This document shows, one piece after another, positions 39,394 through 51,487 of a DNA stretch of 64,000 nt. A model generated the notes under the pieces. The model searched no databases. It was not told the origin of the DNA and was given only the letters and a program-made list of their open reading frames with translations. Source of the stretch: Camelus ferus (taxonomy: Eukaryota); the NCBI RefSeq assembly GCF_009834535.1, contig NC_045697.1:15192001-15256000 (forward strand), in the 5' to 3' direction. A program made the translations under genes and the position numbers. Numbering within the stretch: position 1 is the stretch's first letter; each line of letters begins with the position of its first letter.

Positions 39394-42300
39394 TAAAGTT
39401 CATGTGATGCAACCAGACTATTACAAAAATCTGAAGTTACATACCTCTAAATCTTCTAGAGGAATTTTTCTAAATGCCAAACAGGTATTTGAAGGCTACA
39501 CGATAACATACGTGAGGCGACTGACCTCCTCCATCTTTCTACAAAAGAGAGAATACTCACATTCTTGCACAAGTACATTCTTCTTTGAAAAACGTAAACC
39601 AGTACTGAGCACAAACTCAAGTCTGGCGTGGGACAAAGCAGCTGCAGGATAAAGAGCTATCACGTGGGTTAGTCAGCACGTAAGATGCCTTAAATCTCCA
39701 TTTCAGATTATGTAGAGATTACCCCTCCCTACTCTGCATCCTGCCACTCTCACAGATTCCAGGACAGCTTAGTTTCCTGGTCGGGAGCTTGCTTCCCAAC
39801 AAATGTTTGTGGCTTTTGTGGAGCCCTCTTCTACTGTTACCATACCTTACCCCATGTTGCTTCTCCACCTTTCCAAAGAACCATGAACTTGAGGTCATCA
39901 TGCACCGTAGACTTGTAGGGCAGGTTCAGGGTATTAGAGAAAAGTTAGGGCATGGTAAGCAAAGGCAGCAACTCAAAAGAGAACATTCTATGTGACTGTG
40001 CTAACAGAAGTTAAAAATTCATGTCTCGGACCAGAGTGGCTCATCATGGTGCCTATCTGTGCTTTCCTCTGTCCAGCTTGCATTCCTCCTTCTAAAAATG
40101 GCTCTGCAATTTTGCCTCGGGAAACTATCTCCCCACGCCTACCACTGAATAATATGTTGGTCAGGGAGTTTTTCTTTTCTAGGCCAAGGAGTGAACATAT
40201 GACCCAGGTTAGGCTTTGAAATGATATTCTCTCAAACCTTTTCACCAGAATTTGAAACTTGAGCAGAGTGACACAAAGATCTGAAATGGCCAGCACTGAC
40301 CTCCCTGATGGCATCCTGGGGACGCTATACATGAGTTCTTGATACCCAGATCTTCACAAAGGTTTGGTCCTTGTCCTTTTCAAAGCCAATGTCTCAGAAT
40401 TTTCTTCAATTCTGTGAGCTACTTTGTCTTATCAACAAATTCCATTATTGCTTATGTCATGCACCACCACTGTCTATTGCTTACAACCCAATCACACCAA
40501 CTGATCTCATTGAGATACTTTCCTAACAGAGAAACACTTGCTCTGAAATTGTTACTACCTGGTAGCATATGAAAGAAATCAGTATAAATTACCTTTTATT
40601 TGTCTCTCAAATGCTTGTTTCATACATATTTTAAATAACTGTGAAAATTACTGTTTCTACTGAAGCTGTCCTTTTAAAGGAAGACCTCTGAGGTATGTTC
40701 TCTCTTTAATTTGTATAATGCTCATGAACTAAGGCGGTGATCCTCAACGTTTTTTAAAGTTGTAACAGTCTGTCATCTTACATTCTAAGATCATTGCGTT
40801 TAACAAGGTCCATACAGATCATTTAACCCAAACTCAGCAACCCGAAAGAAATTCTTTCCATGCTATTCTTAATGAATGGTCGATTGGTCTCTTTTTAAAC
40901 CCTCATTAATTTCTTCGATAATCCATTCTATTTTGGGTGGAATCTTATCATGAGAACATTCTTCCTTATGTGGAGATAGAATGTGATTTGCCATCATATT
41001 CCCCCTCTTCATGTCTCTTTTCCCCTTCACACACCCTGGAATGTCTGCCTCTAGATTCTATTTCTGCATGAGTGACGTCTTCCATCTGGCCATTCTTCAA
41101 TGATTTCAAGATGGCTATACAATTTCATGGAACATATCCCTGTGCTCCTAAAATTATTCCATGCATATGAATGAACCATATGAGATCTATAGGTCGAATG
41201 GTTGTTTGAAATTTTCTGAAGAGTCCTTAAAATAAATGGATACCCACACTGTCAAAAGTCCAGGACTGAGATTTTTAAAAATAAGCTCTAAGATAAGTGA
41301 GTTGTATGTAAAATGCTACAATGGTTTCTTTTTTAAAAGTGTCCATTTCCACTGTGCTTAAAAGTGTCTGGAAACAGAAAGAGAAAGAAAAATACCATAT
41401 GATAGTGCTTATTTGTAGAATCTTAAAATAAAAAAAAGGACACAAACTTATCTACAAAACAGAAACTGACTCATAGACATAGAGAACAACTTATGATTAC
41501 CAGGGTGTAGAGGGGATGGGAAGGGATAAATTGGTCATTCGAAATCTGCACCTCCTGGGGAGTGATGGAAATGTTAGCTATCTTGACGGTGGTTTCAGTG
41601 GTGTACACATCTATCAAAATTCATCAAATTGTACATCTGAAATATGTGTAATTTACTGCACAGGAATCATACTATAAAAAATGTGTTTAAAAAAAGATTC
41701 TCTGGAAAAAAAAGTATTGTTATAACTTCTGGCTGTCAAAAGTTATTTTTTTTTTTCCCAGCAGTAAATTAAGGAAAACCTGTGTAGTCAGAAACTACTG
41801 GGACTCCCCTCCTTTTTTAGGGATTCCTCTCTTAGGAGTTGACAGCAGTCACATGAAACCATGCACCTTGGCAGAATCTGTGTATACCAAAAAAGTAAAC
41901 AGTTTTGAAAATGTGCTGGGATAAATTATTCATCAATAAAATGACTCATCTGATAATTCAGACCCTCAAATAATTCATATCTTGATAACTTTCAAAAAAT
42001 AGCTATAATGTAGAAATCTGATTCAGAGTTAACTAACAATTTCTCAAATGTCTACCATGTATGTGTTCTGATAACAGGTTTCTCCTACTTTACCTCATTA
42101 CAAATTTGACCTGCCTTTTAAAAGTGCAAATACTTTTATACTAGATGTTTGGAGCTCCACCGAGATGCTTTTACTTTTTCTAAACATTCTATGTTGCAAT
42201 TCCAACCTGGTATGTATTTTCACCTAATACAAATTTCTGGATTTGCCTCTGAATAGGACTCATTACTCCAATGTGACTCTCCCTAATACTGAGGGAGAGT

Positions 42301-43639
42301 TATACGATGATTACAAGAGCAGGGTTGTGAGTTATAAAAGCTTAGGCCTCCATCCAGGCTCTGCCATTTCTACTCCTCTCTGTACTTCAATTTTCTCATC
42401 TATAAGTGAAGACAGACACAGTACCAAATTCATAAGATTTGTGAAGATTTAGAGATAACTGACTGTAAGGTATATAGAATTGTCCCTGGCACTTAATTAG
42501 TGCTCAATAAAAATTAATGTTCCATACTATGTCTTAATAGTAAGAAACTTTTTTTATCCAAAAGGAAAAATTTTTGTTTTATATGATTTCAAAGTGGATG
42601 TTATTAAAATCCTCATAAAAAAGCTAATAGCCTCAAAATCCCACAAAATATGTTCTTATATATTGTCTCATAATTCATACAATCATGCCACTTAATTATA
42701 TAAAATATTATTCACTTCAGTTACCATCTTTTGAAATCTAAATCAACACTTAATAATAACTATTGCTATTTATTGTAAGAATGGGAAGAACAAAACTCAA
42801 CTCCAAAAATAATTACCATTTCTTGAACACCTTCTATATTCCAGATACCTCATCGAGGGCTTTATTTCATTTAATCTTCCATCAGCATTATGAGACTGGT
42901 ATTTCAGTTTCCTGGATGAGGAAACCAAGGCTTAGACAGCACAGCTAATAAGAACCTGATCTAATGTCAAAGCTCATTTAGTTCCTCACTAAAAGGTATA
43001 AATCTAAAACCTTATAATAGTGTAAACTTCATTAAAGAGGCGCCAACATGTATTGATGACATTAATCTACCAAGAAACTACCTTCAAAATTAGTTTCCAG
43101 GTAATACGCTCCCCATGTCAAATGGTTATGTTTACAAGATGGAAATACATACTGGTTATTTAAGTTAACTATTTACATATTACCTGCAGCTTGAGTTGAC
43201 TGGCAACCCATTGAATTTTATATACACAATAGACAGGTCTAGTTATACCTAACATTCCTACTACCAGGACCTTGGATATGACTTTCTCTATATTTTTCAC
43301 AAAATACAAATTCTAGTTCTGAATTCAAAATTATTTATGTTCAAGTGAGAATTTCAAGAAGATGCTCCACATGCGGTGTAAAAGTGGTGTATGATGAAGG
43401 CACTCAATCAAAATGTTTATTGTACCAGGATAGGTCACTTATAACTGAATTAAGTCTCAAGTTTTCAGTATTCACTTAGTTATCTGACCTTGAAAAATAA
43501 AAACGCTCTTGAGTAACAATCTAAGAGTAAAGACAGCATATCATGGTACTATTTTATTTATGAGGAGGCCAGCTTCCACCCCCTTTTCCTGTTTAGAACA
43601 GCTACAAATTAGAATTTAAAAAAAAAAAGAAACCTTTCA

Positions 43640-43865
43640 GGGGGAGGGATAACCTAGGAGTGTAGGATTAACACACACACTATACATAAAATAGATAAAC
43701 AACAAGGATTTACTGTATAGACAGGGAACTATATTCAATATCTTGTAATAACCTATAATGGAAAAGAATCTGAATTATATATCTCTGACTCACTTTGCTA
43801 TACACCTGAAACTAATATAATGTTGTAACTCGACTGTACTTCGATAATTTAAAAAAAAAAACAAA
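43640..43865 (+). mobile_element. Artiodactyl-type LINE-1 3' end fragment
   Basis: aacaaggatttactgtatagacagggaactatattcaatatcttgtaataacc...poly-A. Confidence 0.8.
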
Positions 43866-44422
43866 ATTTACATCTTTCTTAAAAGTCTAGCTTCAAATAT
43901 TATATCACTTCATGTATTCTACAGGGATCTTCCTTATAACAATATATTCCCAATATTTCTCCCTGTATCATTTATGATTTACATATACTACAAATGCACA
44001 ATGTATTGCTACTATTTTTGCTTTATCTTTTAGAAGCAATTAAAAGTAAGAAAAGAAAAAAGAAAAAAAAATAGCCTCTCAAAGCAAGCAATGGCAAAAG
44101 TAGCCAAGAGAAATAGAGACGAGCGAATCAAATTTTCATGGTTTGTTTAAAGTTAACTGCCAACTTGGGAGAATGTTCTCACTGGACAACAAAGCCAAGT
44201 CAAGAAGTGTAGAAGGGTCATAAGGAGAACAGGGAGAAGATCTGAAAGGAGTGGGGGGAACAGGAAAGTAGAAAAGAGAAAAGATGAGCCTAGAGCTGAA
44301 GCACCCAATGACATGAGCCAGAGGGACACTTTCAAACCCGTAATGAGAACAGCAAAATGCAGACCAACTTGACATGATTAACAGAAATAGCTGGAAAGAG
44401 AGAGAAAGAATAGGACAGTTAC

Positions 44423-44579
44423 AGCGTATGTAACTGGAGGTCTTCAGTAAATGGGTATGGTAGCCTTGAGCACTTCAATAACCTCTCAGGATGCTGCTCT
44501 ATTATATTTACTACTTTGGAGAAAATGCCCATACAGCTCATAACTCCCAGGGCTTGTACCCAGACATTCAGGGGTGCAC
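44423..44579 (-). pseudogene. TRPM-like exon: MHR4 copy C
   Basis: Acceptor tttttccattcAG, donor CT|GTAACT; 157 nt open frame ending SRLPYPFTEDLQLHTL (cf. TRPM1 SRFQYPFHELMVWAVL). Confidence 0.65.
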
Positions 44580-45120
44580 CTGAATGGAAAAAATCTGGAC
44601 TTTTCATTCAACTCAATTGCAACATTTGCTAATTGCCTACTCTATACCTCTAAGTTGAATAACTATAAGAAACAGATAATGAGTGATTTTTGTCCACAGA
44701 GAGCTTGCAGCACATTCACTCATTCATTCCACATACATTTATTTAAGTACTTGCTTTGTTAAAGGTAATGTACTAGATACTCTGGGGGGTGGTTGAGGGT
44801 GGGTGGAGAAGAATGAGTGAAGGACCATGCCTTGAAGAAACTCACAGTATCTCGGAGGAATATAGGACACAAGCAATTATAATAGAAAACAGAAAAAGTA
44901 TTTCCTAAGAACATAGAGAAAAATGAAAGAGAAAACAGATGGGCACACAGACCATTATATTATCATTCTTCCATGTGCAGAATCAGATACACATTTTGTA
45001 CATATTTTCTGCTTCAAATATTTTTAAAGAAACAAAATACATGGGTAGAATATAGAGATAAGAAAAGCAAGTGAGTTGGTAATTGTAGACAGGCAAACGG
45101 CATAAGCACAACAAGTCTGC

Positions 45121-45214
45121 CTGTAAACTCCAAGTATACAGTTACTGTGTCCTTTTTTGAGTATTCTTTTCTTTTTCTATCATATATCCACACCATCCAT
45201 CGGTGATTTCTATA
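45121..45214 (-). pseudogene. TRPM-like exon (linker between copies B and C)
   Basis: Acceptor gttgtactgcAG after a 76-nt intron; 94 nt open frame YRNHRWMVWIYDRK..YLEFT; GC donor (ACAG|GCAGAC); phases 0 to 1 fit both neighbours. Confidence 0.5.
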
Positions 45215-45290
45215 CTGCAGTACAACGGAGCACAGGAATCATAATATTCTTGCTAGCTGACATTCACCTTTTTTATCCTAACTGCCTTAC

Positions 45291-45441
45291 CAAATCTGTT
45301 AATGGGGTGAAAGAAATCCAAGAATTGTTCATTTTACAAATTAACTTAGACACTTTAGGAAAACCTCATTCCAAAACCGAAACGTTTTCCTTATCTTCAC
45401 GAGGCTACGTGTTTCGACAGGACACAGTTTACATAGTCTTC
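45291..45441 (-). pseudogene. TRPM-like exon: end of MHR4 copy B
   Basis: Donor TTG|GTAAGG; acceptor at 45442-45443 (alternative 45353-45354); SKLICKMNNSWISFTPL aligns ungapped to QKLLTRVSEAWGKTTCL. Confidence 0.55.
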
Positions 45442-45620
45442 CTATTAAATAAAACATGGGAATGAAATTGATAGCCAACTACATCACTTGCCAGAGGATT
45501 GTATAAACTTGCCACGAAAAAAAAAAATTTCTAAAATATCACTGCATATTTTGAGTCAACCACGGTTTAAGATTTTAATCCAGGAAGTAAAATCAACACA
45601 ACAGGTGGGATGGTTAAGTC

Positions 45621-45667
45621 ACATACATACATACATACATACATACATACATACATACATACATACA
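45621..45667. repeat. (TACA)n microsatellite
   Basis: Seen directly in the sequence. Confidence 0.95.
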
Positions 45668-45770
45668 CTCATTTATTTGACAGTTCATTTGTTTGTTTCC
45701 AGGCACTAACTCTATTTCCCTAGGATGAGCATTGCAAGTGCTTCTAGATCATAGCTTTATTATTTTAAGA

Positions 45771-46078
45771 CAGAGTTGACAAACTGTTTCTGTAAAGGAT
45801 CAGAGAGGAAGTATCCCATGTTTGGCAGGTCATAGGATCTCTACTCAAATCTGCAGACACAGCACGAACAAAGCCATAGACAATAAGTGAATTAATGACT
45901 AAGGCTACATTACAAATAACTATTTACAGACATCGAAACTTGAATTTCATCTGATTTTTAAGTCATTGAATATTACTCTTCATGTTTTTTCCAAGCATTT
46001 AAAAATATCAAAAAATATTCTTAGTATACCAGCCCTACAAGAACAGATGGTCAGATTTTTCCCATTTGCCTACTGCAG
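45771..46078. mobile_element. MER58B-like hAT MITE
   Basis: cagagttgacaaactgtttctgtaaagg...aaagccatagacaata...tttgcctactgcag; degenerate 8-bp flanks ttttaaga/tcctaaga. Confidence 0.65.
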
Positions 46079-46110
46079 TCCTAAGACGCAATCATGATTC
46101 CAAGACATTT

Positions 46111-46664
46111 CTTTTCTAAAAGCGTAAGAAGAGATTTTTCAGAAGTGTTTCCGACACTTTTTGCAATTGCTTGCATGATACAACAGGAAGCGATAGGATC
46201 TTGACACTTTTGAAAATAACAAAATTTATTTTTTATGGCGACCTATATCAGTGGTCTGAGGTGAGTTAACCCTTTCAATTCCACATACATCTTGGCACAG
46301 GATTCACCAATTATAACGTAGAGTCGGGGATCCTTGCAAACAGACTCAGGTTCATCGACATAAAGTAGCCCAGGGGCTAGATGGTGTTTAGAGATAATTT
46401 TTCAAAATATTTGAGGAGTTCTTCTGCAACGTCCCCAATATAGTGTTTTCCATTGTCTAGCTTTGAGATAACATCTCTAACTTTGCAATGTCCCAGTACA
46501 TGGCTTGGTTATACGTTCTGGCTCACAACATATTTCCATTCTCAGTATCTGTTCAGAGATTCGTCGCCACTGTCATGTTTCCCTCAAAAATAATTCTACA
46601 AAATGTGCTCCCGTGCCTATACCTAGCTGCCTCTAAGTTTTTGTTTGGTTTCACTTTATTACTT
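46111..46664 (-). pseudogene. TRPM-like large exon: MHR4, copy B
   Basis: Acceptor tctttttcAG; NLEAARYRHGSTFCRIIFEGNMTVATNL (cf. [28 protein letters not shown]), HYIGDVAEELL (cf. IDIGLVIEYLM), LI*VAIKNK..QKCQDPIASCCIMQAIAK (cf. LFIWAILQNK..QDCIAAAL.CSKILK). Several stops and frameshifts; the donor has decayed. Confidence 0.65.
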
Positions 46665-47009
46665 CTGAAAAAGATTTGATGAGTTAACTAGCTTCTCTTT
46701 CAGAGACTTAATGCCATATAATAGAGATGCTTCAATGTTACACTGATTCATTTTAATTTTCCTGTTTATACCCTTTCAGAACATTCATAAATTTATAGTT
46801 TCTTTTTAAGCTCTAATAGACATTTCTATTCTTGTCCATGACACTGGGATAAAATTTAAGATACTTTTTTCCATGCACATAACCAACATTAATCTCCTAA
46901 TTTGTAACATTAATTCCATTCTTACTGAACATGTTCAGATTACAGAGAGGTGAAGTATATACCTATAAAGACGAAGTGTATATATGCATAGAAACACCTC
47001 TCTCTCTCT

Positions 47010-47215
47010 CTCTGGGTTCAAATCTGAGCTCTGCTTCTTCCTATCTCTTTGATCTAAGAGCAAGGCACCTCACCTCTCTATGCTTTAGCTTCTTCATTTG
47101 TAAAATGGAAATAAAATGGTACATACTTCCTAGGACTTTCAGAATGAAACGATTAATGCATCAAAGTTCTTAGAATGCTTCACAGTACAGCATGCATTTC
47201 ACTAAGCGCTCACTG
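47010..47215 (+). mobile_element. MIR SINE
   Basis: ctgggttcaaatctgagctctgc...ttcttcatttgtaaaatggaaataa. Confidence 0.7.
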
Positions 47216-50200
47216 TCATCATTATGCACCAGCCACCTGTATCTGCATATGACTCTGATTTGCAGAATGGCCAAATCTCAAGGCATATTAGCCTGAGGAT
47301 TTATTCGTTACCTCAAGAGGGAGGTTCAAGGATGCGGCTGGTTCTTTTTGGAGGCTCAATCAGTGGGGTTAGGGGCTCTCTGTTCTCAGTTTTCTATCCA
47401 GCTCCCTCGTGAGCTGGCAACCCCAGACCCACATCCCCCAGATCAATACCCAAGGAAAGCAATGGTCTTTTCCACCTACCCTGGCAGAAAGTAACCAAGG
47501 AAGACACCTATTGGCCCAGTAAGGGGCGTGGCATATACCAACCCGATAGCTTAAGGGTAGAGGAGGCGAAGTGAGTCAGTTCCACCTATGTATTGACAAC
47601 CAAGAAGAGGAGAAGGGAAAGAGCCCCTGGGCAGACAGGAACCACAGATGACCACTGGAGTTCATACTACCTTTCTATACGCTAGAGGTGAGTCAATATG
47701 GCTCCCTGGTCCACAGCGAAGGCCACTAAGTTTTCAGCTCTCCACTCTCACTGATGTTCAAATTAAACCTGTGACATACTTGACCCCTGTTCTATAATGA
47801 ATGCACCGTAACTAGCCCAGGTTAGCAAAATACAACAGGTGAAATACACTCAGTGCTTCACTCTGTATGTACCTTTATCCCTATGGTTATTTCAAATCAC
47901 AAAGACCAGACTCGTCCGGGAACTAGATGCCCCAAGCATGTGTGGCAAAGCCATCCTATGACAGATGTACTTTTAACATGACACAGTGATGCCCCACAGT
48001 CCACGGGAGAGGGAACTAGATGGAGCCAGAACACATTTTCTTGTTTCAGCTCCACCACTTACTCAGGAGAGCAGACGAGTCCCTTGGCCTCCCAGACACT
48101 GGAGTTCTGTATTTCTAAAACAGAGACTGAAGCATCCAATTAACCTACTACACAGAACTGTTGTGTGGATTAAATGACACATCATATGTAGAAATGATGA
48201 GTAAATATAATGAAAATAATACACAATATTATCACTAAGAATTAAACTGTTCTTTGTTCCCTAATCCTTCTTTTAATACAGGAATGATTCCTTCCCTCAG
48301 TCTTAAATTTGTTCTCTGCTCTTAGAATAGCTGTCACTTGACGCCTTGTCGTCACCTCTTATACAACGTACTTCACCTTCTCTTATCTTTCCTGACACAG
48401 CCATGCATTCACTTTCTCTGCTGTTGATCATGCTCATCTCCACTTTTTCTCTCTTAGATTTTTTTTTCTTTCCTTTGCCATTATCCCTTCACTGGCAATA
48501 AAAGCCCATCTTCCTTTTTGGTCCATGGTGGAATCATTGCAGCATACTGGTTGAAATGTTCAGATCCTGACTTCACCTTGGCTGTTTTACTTGATTCTGT
48601 CTATTCACCATCACAACAGAGGAGATGTCTTTCTGCGTTTTACTTCTGAGTTTGGCACCATTCTGAAGGTTTAACTTTGTGGGAAGTCTCACTCCAGATT
48701 CTTTAAAAAGCTGAACTGTCCGCAGTAGCTCTGGTATTTGAGTAGCCTCCCAAATTCCACTTACTGGATTAATTTCCTGTGCTTCTTGAAAAATGAAGCA
48801 CTAGTCCTGCATGAAAATCCGATGGCGCCACCTGCCTTCAGTGCAAGGATTCAACACGTGTGGGTGTTTGGGAAGACTTGATCAGACTGACATTGAAATC
48901 GAAAATAAGAGGCAGCAGCACAAAGCCGGGAGAACACATTGGTAAGACAACACTGCTGAGTTCACATTCTGGCCGCATCACTCACCAGCTGTGTGACCTC
49001 CAGCAAGTCATTTAAATGTTCTGAAGGTCAGATTACTCTTTCATAAAAAGGACATATTAACACCTTTCTTGCAAGAATTTGTGAGGACAGAAAGTACTTG
49101 ACAAGCAGAATCTATCATCATCCTCATTATCATTTTTATTATGAAGAAACTCTCAAAAATGCTCTGAAGTATCCAGAAGGGCTGATTCTTCCAACAGAGA
49201 GGTTCCTGAACATTGTTGCAGGTAAACGCACTGTGCTGAATCTCAGAGGGCGCCTACCCCATCAGCATCCTTATTGGACTCAACCCTGAGATTCCTTCTG
49301 GAATCAGACTGTGCCTAGGAAAGCATTTCACTCTGGCCAGCAAGTGTCTCAGAGTGATAAGAACACATACATGCTCTATAAATGAGGGCTACCTAAGGAG
49401 GCAATGCCATAAGAGGAAAAGGGTTACTCTGTGAAGCACATATGTTTCCTTTAAAAAAAATGGTGATTGAATAACTGATTGGCACTTGCTGATCCTTTAT
49501 TAAGTTTTTACCAGCTGTTGAAATCATCCCTTCTGGGAGAAACAAAATAAAGAACAAGCTCAGGCTACCTGCCTGTCTCAATTCAATTACAATGAAAATA
49601 TTCATTTCTGATGAATGGAATATTTCATGAAATAAAGCACGCTGGATTCTATTGTTCAGTCCAGGGTCTTTATTCTGCGTGCTAACCCGCCCTATTCTCT
49701 TAGCTGTGCGAAAGAATGGGAAAGTGCTTGTGGCAATATCAATTATGCACATCTTGAGAAGGGGCGCTGTCAAGAAAGAACATGGAGGTGAACTGCATTG
49801 TTAGCACATAATTTCTACTGTGTTTTTTTCTCTAATCTAACCATGTCTCTTTCCATTATTAGAGCACATCTTCAAAATGTGCCTGCAAATCAATGTGGAC
49901 GTCAGAGAGGAAACACGGAAAGAAAACAATTATTGAAATTGTGCTTCATACAGTCTGATTGGCAGTAAAAATCAGGTTGATCAGTGTATACTCACACCAC
50001 CCCAGCAGAAAAAAAAAATCAATCGGAAATATTGATTACCATGTTTTATTTTGCTGTCAGAGACAAGTTAATCAGTATCACAGAGAGCAGTACCCATATA
50101 AAATAACAGCAGTGCTTACCTAATTTACATTCAATTTAGGTCATTAATACAATGATTTTAACAGTATAGAAGACTATTAGATGGATGCGAAAACTTCCAA

Positions 50201-50930
50201 GAAGATGGATGCTGCTCTTCTATAACCTTTAGGCAGAGAAAGCAAATTCGGTATTGCCAAAGTGCTGAATCAATGCTATATTATCACATTTATGGCGTGT
50301 GTGTGTCTGTGTGCGTGTGCTCTAGAAGGAGAGAGGTTACAATAAGACAAGCTTGCATGGTTGCTACATAAATAAAATTCAGGCTGAGAGAGGAGAGGCA
50401 ACCTGACAAAAATGACAAAGCTCACTAGGGGCAGAAGTGGGTCTAGAACTCACGTATTATGAATCCTAATCCAGTATTTCGACACCACATTTAAAAAGAA
50501 AATTCAAGAGAAAGCAATGAAAACAGAGACATTTTGTCAAATAAACAATAAAAACCTACAAACCTCAAATATCTTCAGAGCCTAAATAAAATAATTTATT
50601 TAAGGGTATATTGGAAATTCTTATATTTGGCCACTGTCCAATGCAGCGCTCTAGGACTTATTTACAAAATAGTATTTCCCAAACTAACAATAAGAAATAG
50701 CAAAATCCTTGGGCAGGGTCCTCTTATCCCAGCAACTCAGAGAAACTATTGAAAAGTTTTTTAAATTGGTTAGTAATCTGGGGTGATATAGTGACCTTGT
50801 TGTAGAGCACATTTAATTTCAATTCTATGGTCTTTCTATTTTTTAATTTTAAAAATAATATAAAATAATATTGTTTCATTTCAGGTTGATCCAGATAATC
50901 CACACTGGGAGAGCCCTGTGATCCTGTGAC

Positions 50931-51077
50931 CTCATCTGGAGTCTGAAACAGTAGGAAGGAGCCTTGAATGGGTGGGATTTGGGATCATTTTTGTGAGTGA
51001 GATGGAAACTCTTAGGTAGGGAGGCAAGTTTCTTTGTGTAGAAGACCAGTGATCATCCATTGATACAAAATTTGTAC
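50931..51077 (-). pseudogene. TRPM-like exon candidate continuing copy A (3' boundary uncertain)
   Basis: Acceptor tgtattcAG, phase 1 matching the previous donor; (C)TNFVSMDDHW resembles LKEFVTWDTL. No clear donor found. Confidence 0.35.
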
Positions 51078-51368
51078 CTGAATACATTTTCCTTTTTCCT
51101 AATGATGTCAGTATGTAAAGCAACAGACTTAGAAACTAAGAATCACAGTGCCTTGCTTGTCTATAAGGACAGCTAAATACGAAGCCTGTGTGTTCTGGTA
51201 CACAGTCCCCAGGAACTCTGTACTAGGTTCTAAACCCATAGACCATGTTGGACCCGCTCCTCCCCCCATGTCTCTCTTCCTCTTCTGTCAATCCTGGAAC
51301 CCATGCCCACTGTGAGATCCAACCCTGTAATGTCTGAGGTTCTCCAGTACAGAGTCTGAGATATTTAC

Positions 51369-51487
51369 ACCTCAATTCTTTGGTTGTTTTCAGCTCATTC
51401 AGGATACTTTTTTTTTTTTTTTTTTGGTTTGTTTCCAATGCATGACGAATAGTTTCTTGGTCTATGCTCAACTCCATTCCGTAAAAA
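51369..51487 (-). pseudogene. TRPM-like exon: MHR4-start motif, copy A
   Basis: Acceptor cttctttgtttttAG, donor T|GTAAAT; ETIRHALETNQKKKKKSILNE aligns ungapped to TRPM2-type PTMTAALISNKPEFVKLFLEN, with the middle overwritten by a poly-A run. Confidence 0.45.

Noticed and set aside
48330..48810. Exon-like or purine-rich minus-strand stretch between MHR4 copies
   Set aside because: No motif match; it could be a decayed LINE fragment.
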